From assembly GCF_964355755.1 (NCBI RefSeq), contig NC_092672.1:26046437-26110436 (forward strand): a DNA stretch of 64,000 bases, written 5' to 3'. The notes under the pieces are model-generated. The model saw only the letters and a program-made list of their open reading frames with translations, was not told the origin of the DNA and did no database searches. The translations under genes and the position numbers were made by a program. This document shows, piece after piece, positions 39,101 to 48,943 of this stretch; the first letter of the stretch is position 1, and every line of letters starts with the position of its first letter. The DNA is from Antedon mediterranea. Lineage: Eukaryota; Animalia; Echinodermata.

Positions 39101-42100
39101 TGACAGCTACTCTAATATTATAAGTGCAAATGACAAGATGTGTGACTTCCTGTTTGAAACATTATCATTCAGATACTGTAATGTCCATTGTATAAGATAA
39201 ACTAATTAAAACCTGGGTAATTGGGTTAATAGGCAATTAATGGCAACTCAATAGAGTTTAAGATAATCATTAATTAATTATAATCAATATTATTATGTTC
39301 AGTTCATTGGCAGATTAGAGAAGAGTGAACTTCCCTGGGCAAATATACACATTATTGTAAGCAATGATGTGAATTTTCACTCTTTCCTGATTTTAAGAAT
39401 TTTTCAGTGGAATTAATATTGATACAAATTAAGTAAAACAAAGTCAGCAATATATTATCGTTAATGTGTGTGTTTTTTTTTTATAGTTATGACATGGATT
39501 CTGAGACATGGGAGGTTATTACACCATCTTCTGACAGTCAGGTACAGTAACTGCAATTCTCTTTTGAAAGGTGTTACCTTTTCCTATTTCATATAGTTTT
39601 CGATTGTACTTATTTACCTCCGCATTTGATCGCACGTGTCTGTCTGTTAACAGGATTACTCAAAAACTTATTGCAAGATCTTTACCAAAATACAGATAGA
39701 TATGTGGTCAAGGACCACTACATTAAATTTTGGAGGCAATCCGGACCAGGGTCCCAATTCTGGACCACTTTTTTGTATTATTTTCATACCTGTTAGTTAA
39801 AGATAGGAGACAATTTTCAGAAGTTAGTTTCTTAGTTGAAGGCTGGTTACATAACTATTACACCAAATTCACATACACATGGTTGTAGTGAAATTATCAC
39901 ACACAGCATTAAAACACAAATAACAAAAAGTTTTTTGTTTTGTTTTTTGGTAAAATCTTATGTAGGAGCATTTTACAGTAGTTGGAAGTATGCGCTCTCA
40001 GAGTGCCATTCTAGTTTAAAAAGTAATGCTTTTATATTATATTTTTAATGTGTAGAAGCCAAGTGGGCGTGTCTTCCATGCAGCCAGTGTCATATGTAAT
40101 GCACTGTACGTGTTTGGAGGCACTGTTGATAATAATGTCAGAAGTGCTGAGATGTACAGGTTTCAGGTTTGTTGAATATCTTATAAGTTTTAGTTTGTTT
40201 TACTTTTAAATAATTCAATGGTGTAGATGTTCTGTAGTACAGCCTCTGATAATCTTTATAATGTCGAGTATATCTAGCCTATATTTTGGTGTAGAGGGTT
40301 CTCAACAACCACACAGGCCCAATTGTAATGCTATTTTGCTAACAAAATCAAATACAATGCTAAAAAGTAATTTTCAAAAATAGAGATAATTTCTTTAAAA
40401 CTTATGAGCTATGAGCTCACTGTACTAATGTTTATTTATTTATTCTGGTTTATTAAAAACAAAGACATGGCAGTACAAAACTGAATTGCGTCCAGTAACA
40501 TAAACATAAAAAATATATCAAAAACGAGCAAGATTTACACAAACATCCAAATGTGTGTTTACCTTAACTAGTCTAGGAAATTATCTCTACTAAAAGGCCA
40601 ATAATAAACCTCAATGTTTCTCTCCCCACCCCAAAAAAAGTACCAGGAAAGTACTGTTAATTTTGCATTGTGTTTTTAGTTTGCTTCACGTCCTAGATGT
40701 ACATTAAAAGAGGATTTTGGAAAGTTGTTGCTGAGTCAGCAGTTCACTGACATTGAATTCATAGTTGGTGAGGTAAGAATAACAGTTTTAATTAACATGC
40801 TTACATTTGTAGCAATGATTTTGTATAATCCTCACATAATCATACTTTTAATAAAAAGTTGACCTTTGCCAGAATACCAAGATGGAACACCCTGTTGAGA
40901 AATTAAACAATTTCTTATCTCCAGTGCTACCTGGTCTACCAACCTGGTCACTCGTGTTTCTTTTAATTTACTTGTTCAACAGGAAGCCGTTTCTTTTCCA
41001 AGCCATGCTGCCATCATTGCTGCTCGTTGTCATTACTTGAAGAATAAAATGGAACAGGCCACAGAAATACAGAATCAACTAGCAGAGAAGGTATGTGTTA
41101 TCTATCAATAACAGTCTTTCCTATAACTAGTTGTAAAAGTCTAAAGCTCTGTCTACACAATCAAACTAGTTTGACAAAAGAGTGTGATGTGCCCAAATAT
41201 GGTAGTGATATGCCCAAATATGGTAGTGATATGACATCATGTCCATATATGGCACAACACTTTTTTTTTTGTTTATATAGCACAACTATATAAAACAAAA
41301 TGTTGTTTATAAATAATTATAGTAAAGTTATCTGACATTTTATTCACACCGTTTTTTCAATGTTAAATCTCTCTCTATTGTGAGATAATATCCTGGATTT
41401 ATAATTCACCTCACCCAAGTGCTTTACATTATTACCCCTGTCATTTCTGGATCAAACACGTATGAAAACATTCTCCCAGAATGCAACTAGTAATCAGCGC
41501 AAAGTTGTGTCTTATCAGGTACTCATTTGTACACCTGGGTGAAGAGAGCCAAATATAAGTTTGTCCTATTCTCCAAGGATACAAGCAATGTGCCAGGCAT
41601 TGAATTCCAACCCAAGATCTCACTATCTTATAAATATTCATCTTACATGGCAGTGCTAGAAGCGTATAATAATATAGTTACAAGACTTGATAACAATCAT
41701 CATGTTATGGGTATATTTTTGGACCTCGCAAAGGCATTTGATACCATAGACCATCAAATCCTTCTCAAAAAACTTTATCATTACGGTGTTAGAGGGATCG
41801 CCTATGAGTGGTTCAAGAGTTATTTAACCAACAGATCCCAATTCACCGTGTATAACAATCATAAATCAACAACTAATATAATTCGATGCGGGGTTCCACA
41901 AGGGTCCATTTTGGGCCCATTATTATTTATAATTTATTTAAACGATATTGTTTCTATTTCCGATAATTTCTCATTTTATTTATACGCAGATGACACCAAT
42001 ATAGTAGTTTCTGATAAAAATATTAAACAACTCATTACGACAGTAAATCAAGAACTAAATAAAGTTTCCTCCTGGCTTAAATCTAATAAATTATCACTTA

Positions 42101-45100
42101 ATATACTTAAAACAAATTACATTATGTTTAAAAATAAGCATAGTAGACGACAATATCACAATATTCAAATTATGATTGACAATACTACTATTTCACAGGT
42201 CTCTAATACTAAATTTTTAGGCGTAATTATAGATGAAGCACTAACATGGTTTAATCACACAGAATATATATCCAACATTATTTCTAAATATACTGGCATT
42301 TTATTTAGACTAAAACATGCTCTCGCACCGAATATTTTATTTTCTTTATATCGCACATTAGTTCTCCCATACTTATATTATTGTAATCTTATTTGGGCAG
42401 ATGCAAACAACTGCAATTTGAAAACCATTCATTTAAAACAAAAGAAAATAATTAGACTCTGTACAAACTCATCCTGGCTGGCCCATACTGCACCCTTATT
42501 TTTAAAATTAAAAACTTTAACAATCTATGATATTCATAAATTACAAAAAGCAAATTTTATGTTTAATTTTGTTAATAATAATCTACCAAGTAATTTCAAT
42601 ACTTTTTGGGCTAGGGTAAAAGAAACACATTGTCATAATACAAGAACATTAAATGATTTGCGTCCGCATAATTTCAGAACAGACCTGGGAATGAATACCA
42701 TTAAACGACAAGGACCTATATTGTGGAATGATATAAGCAATTTTATTAAGAACCAATGTACCTTAAGTTTATTTAAGAAGAAATTTATTCACAGTTTATT
42801 ATCAACGTATCAGTAATATTATGTTATATTATTTAATTAGTAGAGTAACATTATTTAAGTTTACTTAAACAACATACATATATATGTGTGTGTATGTAAA
42901 TCTATTACATTTTTTATCTAAAAGATGATATTCAGATTTTATTACCATGTACTAGTAAAAATAAAAATAACTATATGTAATCTTCATGTTAACCTTCTTC
43001 AAAAGTAAGTTAAAAATTATCATTTTATGATCAAAAAGAAATATACTATCTAATTTTCTCCTTTATATAAATATATTATTTTATCCAAGGGGTTGCAAAC
43101 ACAAGTGTTCACATGTCTTGTTATGTATTGCACCTTTGTCTTGTCTTTATGTTGTCTGTAATGTCACTGCACTAACGGGTGACCGGCTAACGAGCTTCGC
43201 TCTTACGGTTATCCATCCATAAGTTGTTTATCTTATGTTCATAAATTGAAATGGAAAATAAACTGAAACTGAAACTGAAACTATCACATACTGCACCGCA
43301 CGCCTTATGTTTTGCCTGCTTCTGGCATTTAAAAAGAAACAGTTTTGCTAAATGGTAAATGTTTGTTTGATGTAGGCTGCAGAAGATGAAGCTGCAGCTG
43401 CGCCTACCACTGGAGATGAGAAACAAGAGACTGGTGCCATTAAGAAGACACCTAAGAAGCTACTACAAGTCACCATTCCAAATGCTAAAGCTGAAGCCTT
43501 CAAACTCACCCTCTGGTTCATCTACACAGACAAGGTTGACCGCAAGCCAGAAGGTTTGTTTAAACTTAAACAATTATTGTAATTAACGAGTCGAGTGGCC
43601 ATGTGCCGAGTTGAGTGGCCATGCTATAAAAAAAGAAAATACAAAAGTATAAAGCTAAAGTTTTATAGTAAATTAGCTACTACTGCAGTTTGTGCAACTT
43701 TTCTTACTTCTTTTGATTAATAGAAGACAGATATATTTGGTCTTGGTAATTGCTTTAACAGAAAAATCAAGTTATAGACTTTAACTTAAATTTCCCAATG
43801 AACGAAGACAATTTGGCACATACATAAACAATTTTTTTTTTTTTTAAGGATTTGAAGACAAGCCCACTTTATTTGTTTTACTAATAATGGATGTGTATAA
43901 GTTGGCTTTAGAGGTAAGTTTACATTTGCAAGCCCATCTCATAATATAAGGTTTGGGTAACAAGTTTTGCATGGCCCTGCATTTTATTCAAGATAAAAGT
44001 GAATTAATAAATAGTATGTACCCACTCATAATAATTGATTATTCGAATAAAACTCAACACACAAAATTAGCTGATGATTCAGGGTTGTAGTATTGAAGGT
44101 GGAAAGTTGAGTTACTATTCAAGTGCTGTCATTCATTTCTTACACATTTTTAGTTTAACCTACCAAGACTGGAGCAGATGTGTATACAGTATCTAGAGGT
44201 GTCGATAGGCTTAGACAATGTCCTGTCTGTCTTACAGTATTCACATCAGTTACAGCTGGACTATATCAAAGTAAGAGAATTGTTTGATGAAGATTGGATA
44301 TCATTTGAGGGAAAATGAGTTAAAAGATTAAAGTGCAATTCTGAGATTTATTATTATTTCTCCGCTTTATTTTCATGTATCAATATTCAGTCCTTGTCTA
44401 TATTTATATAAATACCAAAAACTTAACCTAAGTGAACTAAATCACTTTAGCTGTGCCGTTTGATCCAACCTCAATTCAGTTTACACCCTAAAACATCTCA
44501 GAAACAGTGGAAAAAAAATGGGTGAAAAATAAAATGTGACTGTGAATCAAAATAAAACTTACTATGTGAATGAAAAGGTCTCAAATTAGAGAAGCACCAT
44601 GAGCAAACACATGCTGGTAATGAAAACCGCATCTAGTTGCTATTGTAGTGAGAATGAATATAAGGGTATAGCACAGATTTTTTCCTTTCGCAAAATATAA
44701 TCAATAGTTGCATGAATAGATTTGCTTGTGGAAATAAAAAACTTTAGGGTAATTTAACATGACACAAATCCTTAAAATACTATAGCATTTGGGCCCTAAG
44801 ATTGGAATGCAAGCCTACGATTCTACTTTAGAAGGTTATTCCACTCCTCGAAACATTTAATAGTAATACAGTATTTTTTTTTTCCATTGCAGGAGTTTTG
44901 TTTATTTTTTGTTACAAAGGAAAGCAATTACAATTCGATTGTAATGAGTCGTGAGTTTGAACAACTCTCTCAACCAATTATGGTTCTTGTTGTCCGACGC
45001 AAACAGCAATCAGTTACTAAGAGGATCCTGGAAAAACAGGAGTTTGACAACAATAGTAAGTCTGTTAATATTTTGGTCAATTAACATTTTATATCCTCTC

Positions 45101-48100
45101 ATATCCCAAGTTGTACACCCTAAATTTGCCAGATACAAATTAAACATAAGTGTTAAGATTGTGTAGATACTGAATATCTGCACACCTGACTTGAATTATA
45201 ATGGTCTGAACTGTAATAATGAATAGTCATGATATTGGCACGGGTTCGAAGCTCACTCGCTTTGGTGGTAGGAGTCTTCTCAGATCAAAAGGAACAAATA
45301 TTTCATCATACATGTGGAGCGCTGTGAAAACAAAACATTGATGTTCAATTTGAATTTTGTCGTAACAGATGTGAAAAACCTTAAGCCCACTGCACCATAA
45401 GCTACAGTAATATTGTTGGAATGGCTGTAAACAAATTAAAATCATTAATGCTTCAAAAAAAAGTCTGAAAGAACATTGCTATAAACTGTTATTCTATCTC
45501 TGTTGTATAGGTATGAGTTCTATAGCCCATGATATGATGACTTTTATGAAGACCGGTAAAGATTACTGTGACATCACACTGATGCTGGATAATAAGACAG
45601 CATTCAAGGCTCACAAGGCAATACTGGCAGCAAGAAGTAGCTTCTTTGAGGCTATGTTTAGGTCGTTTATGCCAGAGGATGGTAAGGTCAAGGTAGGTTG
45701 AAGGGTTTTCTGTGAATATTAGGAATTATGTAACAAACATTGACTTGTCATAATTGCAAAGTCGCATTATAAACAATAAAAAACCGTTAAGTCAAATGAG
45801 ATATATAATTCATAGCTTGATAACTTATTGTCATTAGTTCATGACTGATTTTTTTGATGATTGTCATAGTGGTAAAACAAGTCACAAGGTGTTGACCCAC
45901 CAATCATTTTTTTGCACTTTAAGAAACTTTGAAGTCAACTACATCAACCATAAAATACAAATAAACATAGGCCTAGGCTAAAATTAAATAAATGTGCAAT
46001 CATAGGCTATTTTCCCTTCAAAATAGGCAACTTTTTTTAAATATTTTTATGAGAAATAGCCACATATAATGCGTGAAATCACACATTATTTGAGTTGGCA
46101 GGTATAAAAGTAGAGCGTGCCTCCCCCAATATACACGCATTTTCCAGGTACAGTAGGTATCTCCCTGCATTATCTGTTATAGAAGTCTTACACATACACT
46201 ATTATTATGTTAATTCCTTTGGTCTGTCATGAGCTTTTAAATATTAATATATTAAAATAATGTATATTTTTCTTTGTAGATGACGATTGGTGAGACAACC
46301 CCAACACCACAAGCTCTGGAATCTCTATTGGATTACATCTATCACGGCTGTGTCACAATGCCTCCAGAAAACTCTCTGTATCCTTTCATTCTTATTCTTA
46401 CTATCTTATTACATCTTTTCCACTAGGCGAATTTGTTTACACAGATCAAAAGCATCAGCTATACTCATGCATATTCATATTGTCAACTTCCAAATCCCTT
46501 TTCGAAGTTATTAGTTAGGTTACTGAATAGTTTCTACTTTTTGCAAATCAAAAAAAATGCGCAACCAATCAGAGCTCGTAAAATAAGCTATGACACATTC
46601 ATGAAGCACAGCAGACACACTGAAATGAAATCGCAGCTATTCGCTCTTGCTGTGGACATGTTTTTTTTCCTCTACAAAAACATCGGATTTGCACCACTAA
46701 ATTTGCCTAGTGGAAAACAGGCTTTGATATGTAATAAATTTAAATAAAGGCAAGAGTTGTGCATGAATGAATGCATTCAACAAACTACAGCTTGTGACTC
46801 AATTTTTGAATAACCCTGAAAATGTTTATAAGCTCAAATTGTAATTCATTTGTGATTTGAAATCATTTTTGGCCACACCACAGTGCATTATGTTGTACTG
46901 TAAAGAGATAGATTCTAAATTGTATCCTTTAGAACAGTTTAAACAAAAATGTATCTGTGATAAATACAAGATATCTAAAATAAAAAACTGATTAAGATCT
47001 CAATCAGCTTTTAACTACAATACAAGGTTCAACCGGCCCTTGCAGCATTGTTTGATTATTGTTTTAGCTGTTAGGTGTTTATACCGATGAGTCACCACAT
47101 TATAGTAACTCATTGTTTATAATAATTGCTTCCTTGAAAATGTAATTTACAATGCATACCTAATTGGCCATTCTTAGAGCTTTTGTTTTTTGTATAGTTG
47201 TATCTTAAAGCTCAGGTACAGGCATGAATTTTAAATATAATATTTGGTTAATTGTACATAAATCAAATATTTGTAACAGAAATCATGACGAAAAAACATG
47301 AATTTCCCTTAATATGGTCAAAAACAAAATTTTCCAAAATTCTTCCATAAAAACCAGGAAGACTTTTTTTCAGTAGTTAGGTTGTTAACCTAATGTAATA
47401 ACATGTCTGGTGACTCCCTAGCAAGTGAAAAAAGATGGTGGATATACGGTGGATAATTTTTGCTATAGCATGAAAATAAAAATTTGAAGTTGAATAAAAA
47501 TACCTGAAATTTAAAATTCAAGTTATACAGTATTACCTATATTTATTCATCTGATAACATTTTTTACCACACCGTTTATTATTCATAAGATTTTAAAATG
47601 CCTCTCTATTTACAAAATGTGTGTACAAAAGAATAGAGATTTTACTGTGTAATTTTAACTGATAAGAAAGTGCTTATTTTCAACAAGCTTGTGTAATTTT
47701 GAAACATTGAGGAAACTATAGATCGATAATTATTGGAATGTATGCTCAATAGAAATTTTTTGCCCGCACAACAATATAATAATATCACAAAAATCAAAAG
47801 GCAAAATACTGAAAAAATGACAATTCTGTGGGTATCAGTGGCTGGATAAAGAAATGAATAAAATTAAGCTAAGCTAAATCAAAATATTAAAAAGTAAAAA
47901 AGCCAGAAAGAAATTGCAGGAATTTCTGATAAGACTAACCCTTCCCCAGTACATTTTATTTCTTATTTTCCACATGGTCTTATTCTTATCACAGATATAT
48001 TTTGAATCTCGACAATGTTCAAAATTCACTACAGGAAAACAAAAATCAGTTTGTCCATATATGGTTTTCATATTTTGTAGTTACCACCATACTCTTTTTC

Positions 48101-48943
48101 TATGTGCAAATGAGTGCATATTAGGTAATAAAATATTGATTCCTTAATTCCATTTCACACAGCTATTTGTTTTCAGCTCCGTACTACTTTGGATTTACTA
48201 ACACCCGTTTACAAGCATTCTGCAAGGAGAACTTGGAGATGAACATCTCAGAACTAAATGTCGTTCAGATATTGGAAGCTGCTGATAAAATTGCAGCAAA
48301 AGATATGAAAGATCATGCACTAAAACTCATTGTTAGAAACTTTACAAAGGTAAACTGCATTTCAGATAATTTCAGTCCCACTTGAGAACAACTTGGTCCA
48401 TTTTTTCTAAGTATTAGGTATTAATTTCTATCCACTGAAACTTTTTTCTCCTGAAACAATTTTTTTTAAATAATTCTGAATGCACTCTAAAATGAAAGCT
48501 AATTGTTTGGTTCCATTCCTGCCCCCTTGAAGCTGTTATAGCTTTAAGGTGAGATACTAAGAAATAATAAGTATTTTACTTAAGTGATATTTACTTAGAA
48601 AGCAGAATCTTTAAAATGAACATGTATTTTAGCCTAAGAGTGTAAATACAACCAATGGTTATTTTTACCCACTAATCCATATTTAGAACTTACTTCTAAT
48701 ATGTCCAGTGTACTACGTATGTTAGGACAGGTACGGTGTGTGAAATGAATTTTATGAAACTTGTTATTTTAGGTTGCCAAGTCTCCCCGAATGAAGGATC
48801 TTAACCGAGCACTACTACTTGATATCATCGACTCATTAGCTAAGCACATGGACATGATCAAACAAAGTAAAAAGAGTGGTCATGATGGCTTTGGATGGGA
48901 CTGCGGACGAAGTGACCGCTATGGCAGCTTTCAAGACTACTGA
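1590..48943 (+). CDS. LZTR1: Leucine-zipper-like transcriptional regulator 1 (Kelch-BTB-BACK CUL3 adaptor), 3' part; 15 coding exons, 5' exons lie upstream of the window
   Basis: GT-AG exons 1590-1644, 36883-37022, 38613-38759, 39487-39541, 40056-40166, 40680-40772, 40983-41090, 43376-43553, 43849-43913, 44154-44270, 44893-45055, 45511-45692, 46280-46377, 48163-48349, 48773-48943 (TGA) splice in one frame. Peptides LNDMW..WEE|[122 protein letters not shown] and [10 protein letters not shown] match vertebrate LZTR1 as I recall it. Confidence 0.96.
3181..3942. mobile_element. MITE with about 130-bp TIRs and 9-bp TSD (Mutator/MULE-like)
   Basis: TIR CGC(C/T)GTGGCTAAAGATACGGTACCGTATTC.. at both ends; TSD TAAACACAA at 3172-3180 and 3943-3951. 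Confidence 0.88.
4206..4983. mobile_element. Unclassified interspersed element with an internal inverted repeat and a terminal hairpin of about 106 bp
   Basis: TAAATTCCTGTCATTTGA near 4218 is inverted at about 4783-4803; palindrome 4845-4950; internally deleted copy at about 57290-57410. Confidence 0.55.
5733..7180 (+). mobile_element. Helentron-associated (DINE-1/HINE-like) non-autonomous element
   Basis: Subterminal IR TAGGTTATATGCATT (5733) / AATGCATATAACCTA (7136); (TATT)n near the 5' end; 3' hairpin ATTCGTCA-TAG-TGACGAAT then CTAG|TT. Confidence 0.75.
7740..8596. mobile_element. Tc1/mariner-pogo-type MITE
   Basis: Perfect TIR CCGTATATTTCGGTGTATAAGTCGCAC, TA TSD on both sides, subterminal GTGCGTCTTATACA repeats. 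Confidence 0.88.
8673..9756 (-). mobile_element. 5'-truncated LINE fragment (RT-ORF C-terminal CCHC region and 3' tail) joined to the end of copy A
   Basis: ORF 9744-9322 with [14 protein letters not shown] zinc knuckle typical of non-LTR ORF2 C-termini; the minus strand ends in AATAAA followed by (TTTATC)n at about 8692-8673. Confidence 0.75.
9745..12365 (-). CDS. Double MYND zinc finger + DUF4470/SAM-methyltransferase-like protein, copy A (intact, about 617 aa)
   Basis: Exon 1 12365-12171 ([31 protein letters not shown]|gt), exon 2 11403-9745 (ag|[22 protein letters not shown]). Followed by [38 protein letters not shown] and [12 protein letters not shown] motifs typical of DUF4470-family proteins. 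Confidence 0.85.
13220..15007. mobile_element. Non-autonomous DNA transposon with 15-bp imperfect TIRs and 5-bp TSD, with GC-rich subterminal repeats
   Basis: CAGGTCCGTATGCAG at 13220 versus CAGGCCCGTATCCAG (reverse complement) ending at 15007; CCATG flanks both ends; repeated GGGGCCGCCAAGGGCCCCCGG. Confidence 0.65.
15773..17748 (-). pseudogene. MYND-DUF4470 copy B, pseudogene
   Basis: Exon 1 17748-17607 has a 53-bp frameshifting deletion; exon 2 from 17145 is broken into ORFs 16583-16936 and 15773-16525 and stops after MFGNV, lacking the C-terminal part seen in the other copies. Confidence 0.88.
18188..19902 (+). mobile_element. Helentron-associated (HINE-like) element, compound, with internal duplication
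   Basis: Starts TTTACCTCCGCCAAGGAGG followed by (TGTT/TGTC)n; ends GGCGGAGGTATGCACTCTCTGAGTGGCTTTCTAG|TT; about 18480-18770 is repeated at about 19430-19715. Confidence 0.72.
20741..20868 (-). pseudogene. 3'-end remnant of a fifth MYND-DUF4470 copy
   Basis: Matches the last codons ([19 protein letters not shown]) of copies C and D; 20640-20740 resembles the 3' flank of copy D (28560-28660). Confidence 0.75.
21284..22035. mobile_element. PIF/Harbinger (Tourist-like) MITE
   Basis: 19-bp TIR GG(T/G)CG(T/C)GTTTATACAACAC, TTA TSD; the empty site is visible in the paralogous block at 15276-15278. Confidence 0.9.
22726..25654 (-). pseudogene. MYND-DUF4470 copy C: intact exon structure but one in-frame TAA in the second MYND finger; downstream 518-aa ORF is open
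   Basis: Exon 1 25654-25460, exon 2 24375-22726; codon 24318-24316 is TAA (HW*SH) where copy A has TCA and copy D has CCA; ORF 24282-22726 is uninterrupted. Confidence 0.75.
24722..25223. mobile_element. pogo/Tc1-type MITE in the intron of copy C
   Basis: TIR CCATAAATCTTCTAAT, TA TSD, many subterminal copies of TCTAATAGTAACCC(C)AC. Confidence 0.8.
27323..27520 (+). repeat. 49-bp minisatellite, about 4 copies, inside a SINE body
   Basis: AGATCAGCACATTGGGAGACAATCCCCTACTCTTTGTGAATAGCCTACG starts at 27331, 27380, 27429 and 27478. Confidence 0.95.
27323..27762 (-). mobile_element. SINE with 5S rRNA-derived head followed by a tRNA-like segment
   Basis: Minus strand 27762-27683 (AGAAGTAAGCAAGGTTGGGCCTGGTT..GGGTGCTGTA) resembles the 3' part of 5S rRNA; then B-box GGTTCGAACC and a CCTTAGGCAAGATGCTT core-like motif. 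Confidence 0.6.
28667..34638 (-). CDS. Double MYND zinc finger + DUF4470/SAM-methyltransferase-like protein, copy D (intact, about 612 aa)
   Basis: Exon 1 34638-34444 (65 codons, gt donor), exon 2 30310-28667 (ag|[25 protein letters not shown]); the intron is enlarged by a LINE insertion. Confidence 0.85.
30481..33730 (-). mobile_element. Degenerate CR1/L2-clade LINE (reverse transcriptase) in the intron of copy D
   Basis: Frameshifted ORFs with [51 protein letters not shown]; 3' tail AATAAA+(AACTG)n near 30481; both flanks are contiguous in the copy A intron (about 11520-11540). Confidence 0.92.
31369..32043. mobile_element. Non-autonomous DNA transposon nested in the LINE, 15-bp perfect TIR, 8-bp TSD
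   Basis: TIR CCCGGGGGGGTCACT; TSD ATTGACAC at 31361-31368 and 32044-32051; splits the RT frame (YLWCQS / CQSPFINK). Confidence 0.92.
35201..35512. mobile_element. Kolobok-like MITE (TTAA flanked)
   Basis: TTAA|AGATGTATTGTCCC..GGGACAATCT|TTAA; the same left end recurs at about 34843 and about 5488. Confidence 0.5.
37130..37630 (-). repeat. Interspersed repeat; inverted copy at about 47285-47760
   Basis: Shared blocks such as TGTAAATAGAGAGGCATTTTAAAA and GACCATATTAAGGGAAATTCATG occur in reverse complement in the U12 intron. Confidence 0.8.
38209..38445 (-). mobile_element. Short LINE 3'-end fragment
   Basis: ORF end [21 protein letters not shown] resembles the CR1/L2 ORF2 C-terminus. Confidence 0.55.
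39613..40014 (+). mobile_element. Short HINE-like element related to 18188-19902
   Basis: Shares CAGGATTACTCAAAA..GATATGTGGTCAAGGACCA and the 3' hairpin + CTAG|TT end. Confidence 0.7.
41628..43279 (+). mobile_element. 5'-truncated CR1/L2-clade LINE with open RT frame, in an LZTR1 intron
   Basis: ORF to 42816 with [36 protein letters not shown]; 3' tail AATAAA+(ACTGAA)n; possible TSD ACTATC; inserted in a SINE-like relic (about 41500-41627). Confidence 0.92.
46378..48162 (+). other. U12-type (minor spliceosome) GT-AG intron of LZTR1
   Basis: Donor GTATCCTTT at 46378; branch-site TTCCTTAAT at 48140-48148, about 12 nt before the AG at 48161-48162; no long pyrimidine tract; splicing keeps the frame (ENSL|YLFSAPYY). 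Confidence 0.9.

Noticed and set aside
41527-41627. N-terminus of the 429-aa ORF as a real protein start
   Set aside because: It is chance read-through from a SINE-like relic upstream of the truncated LINE.
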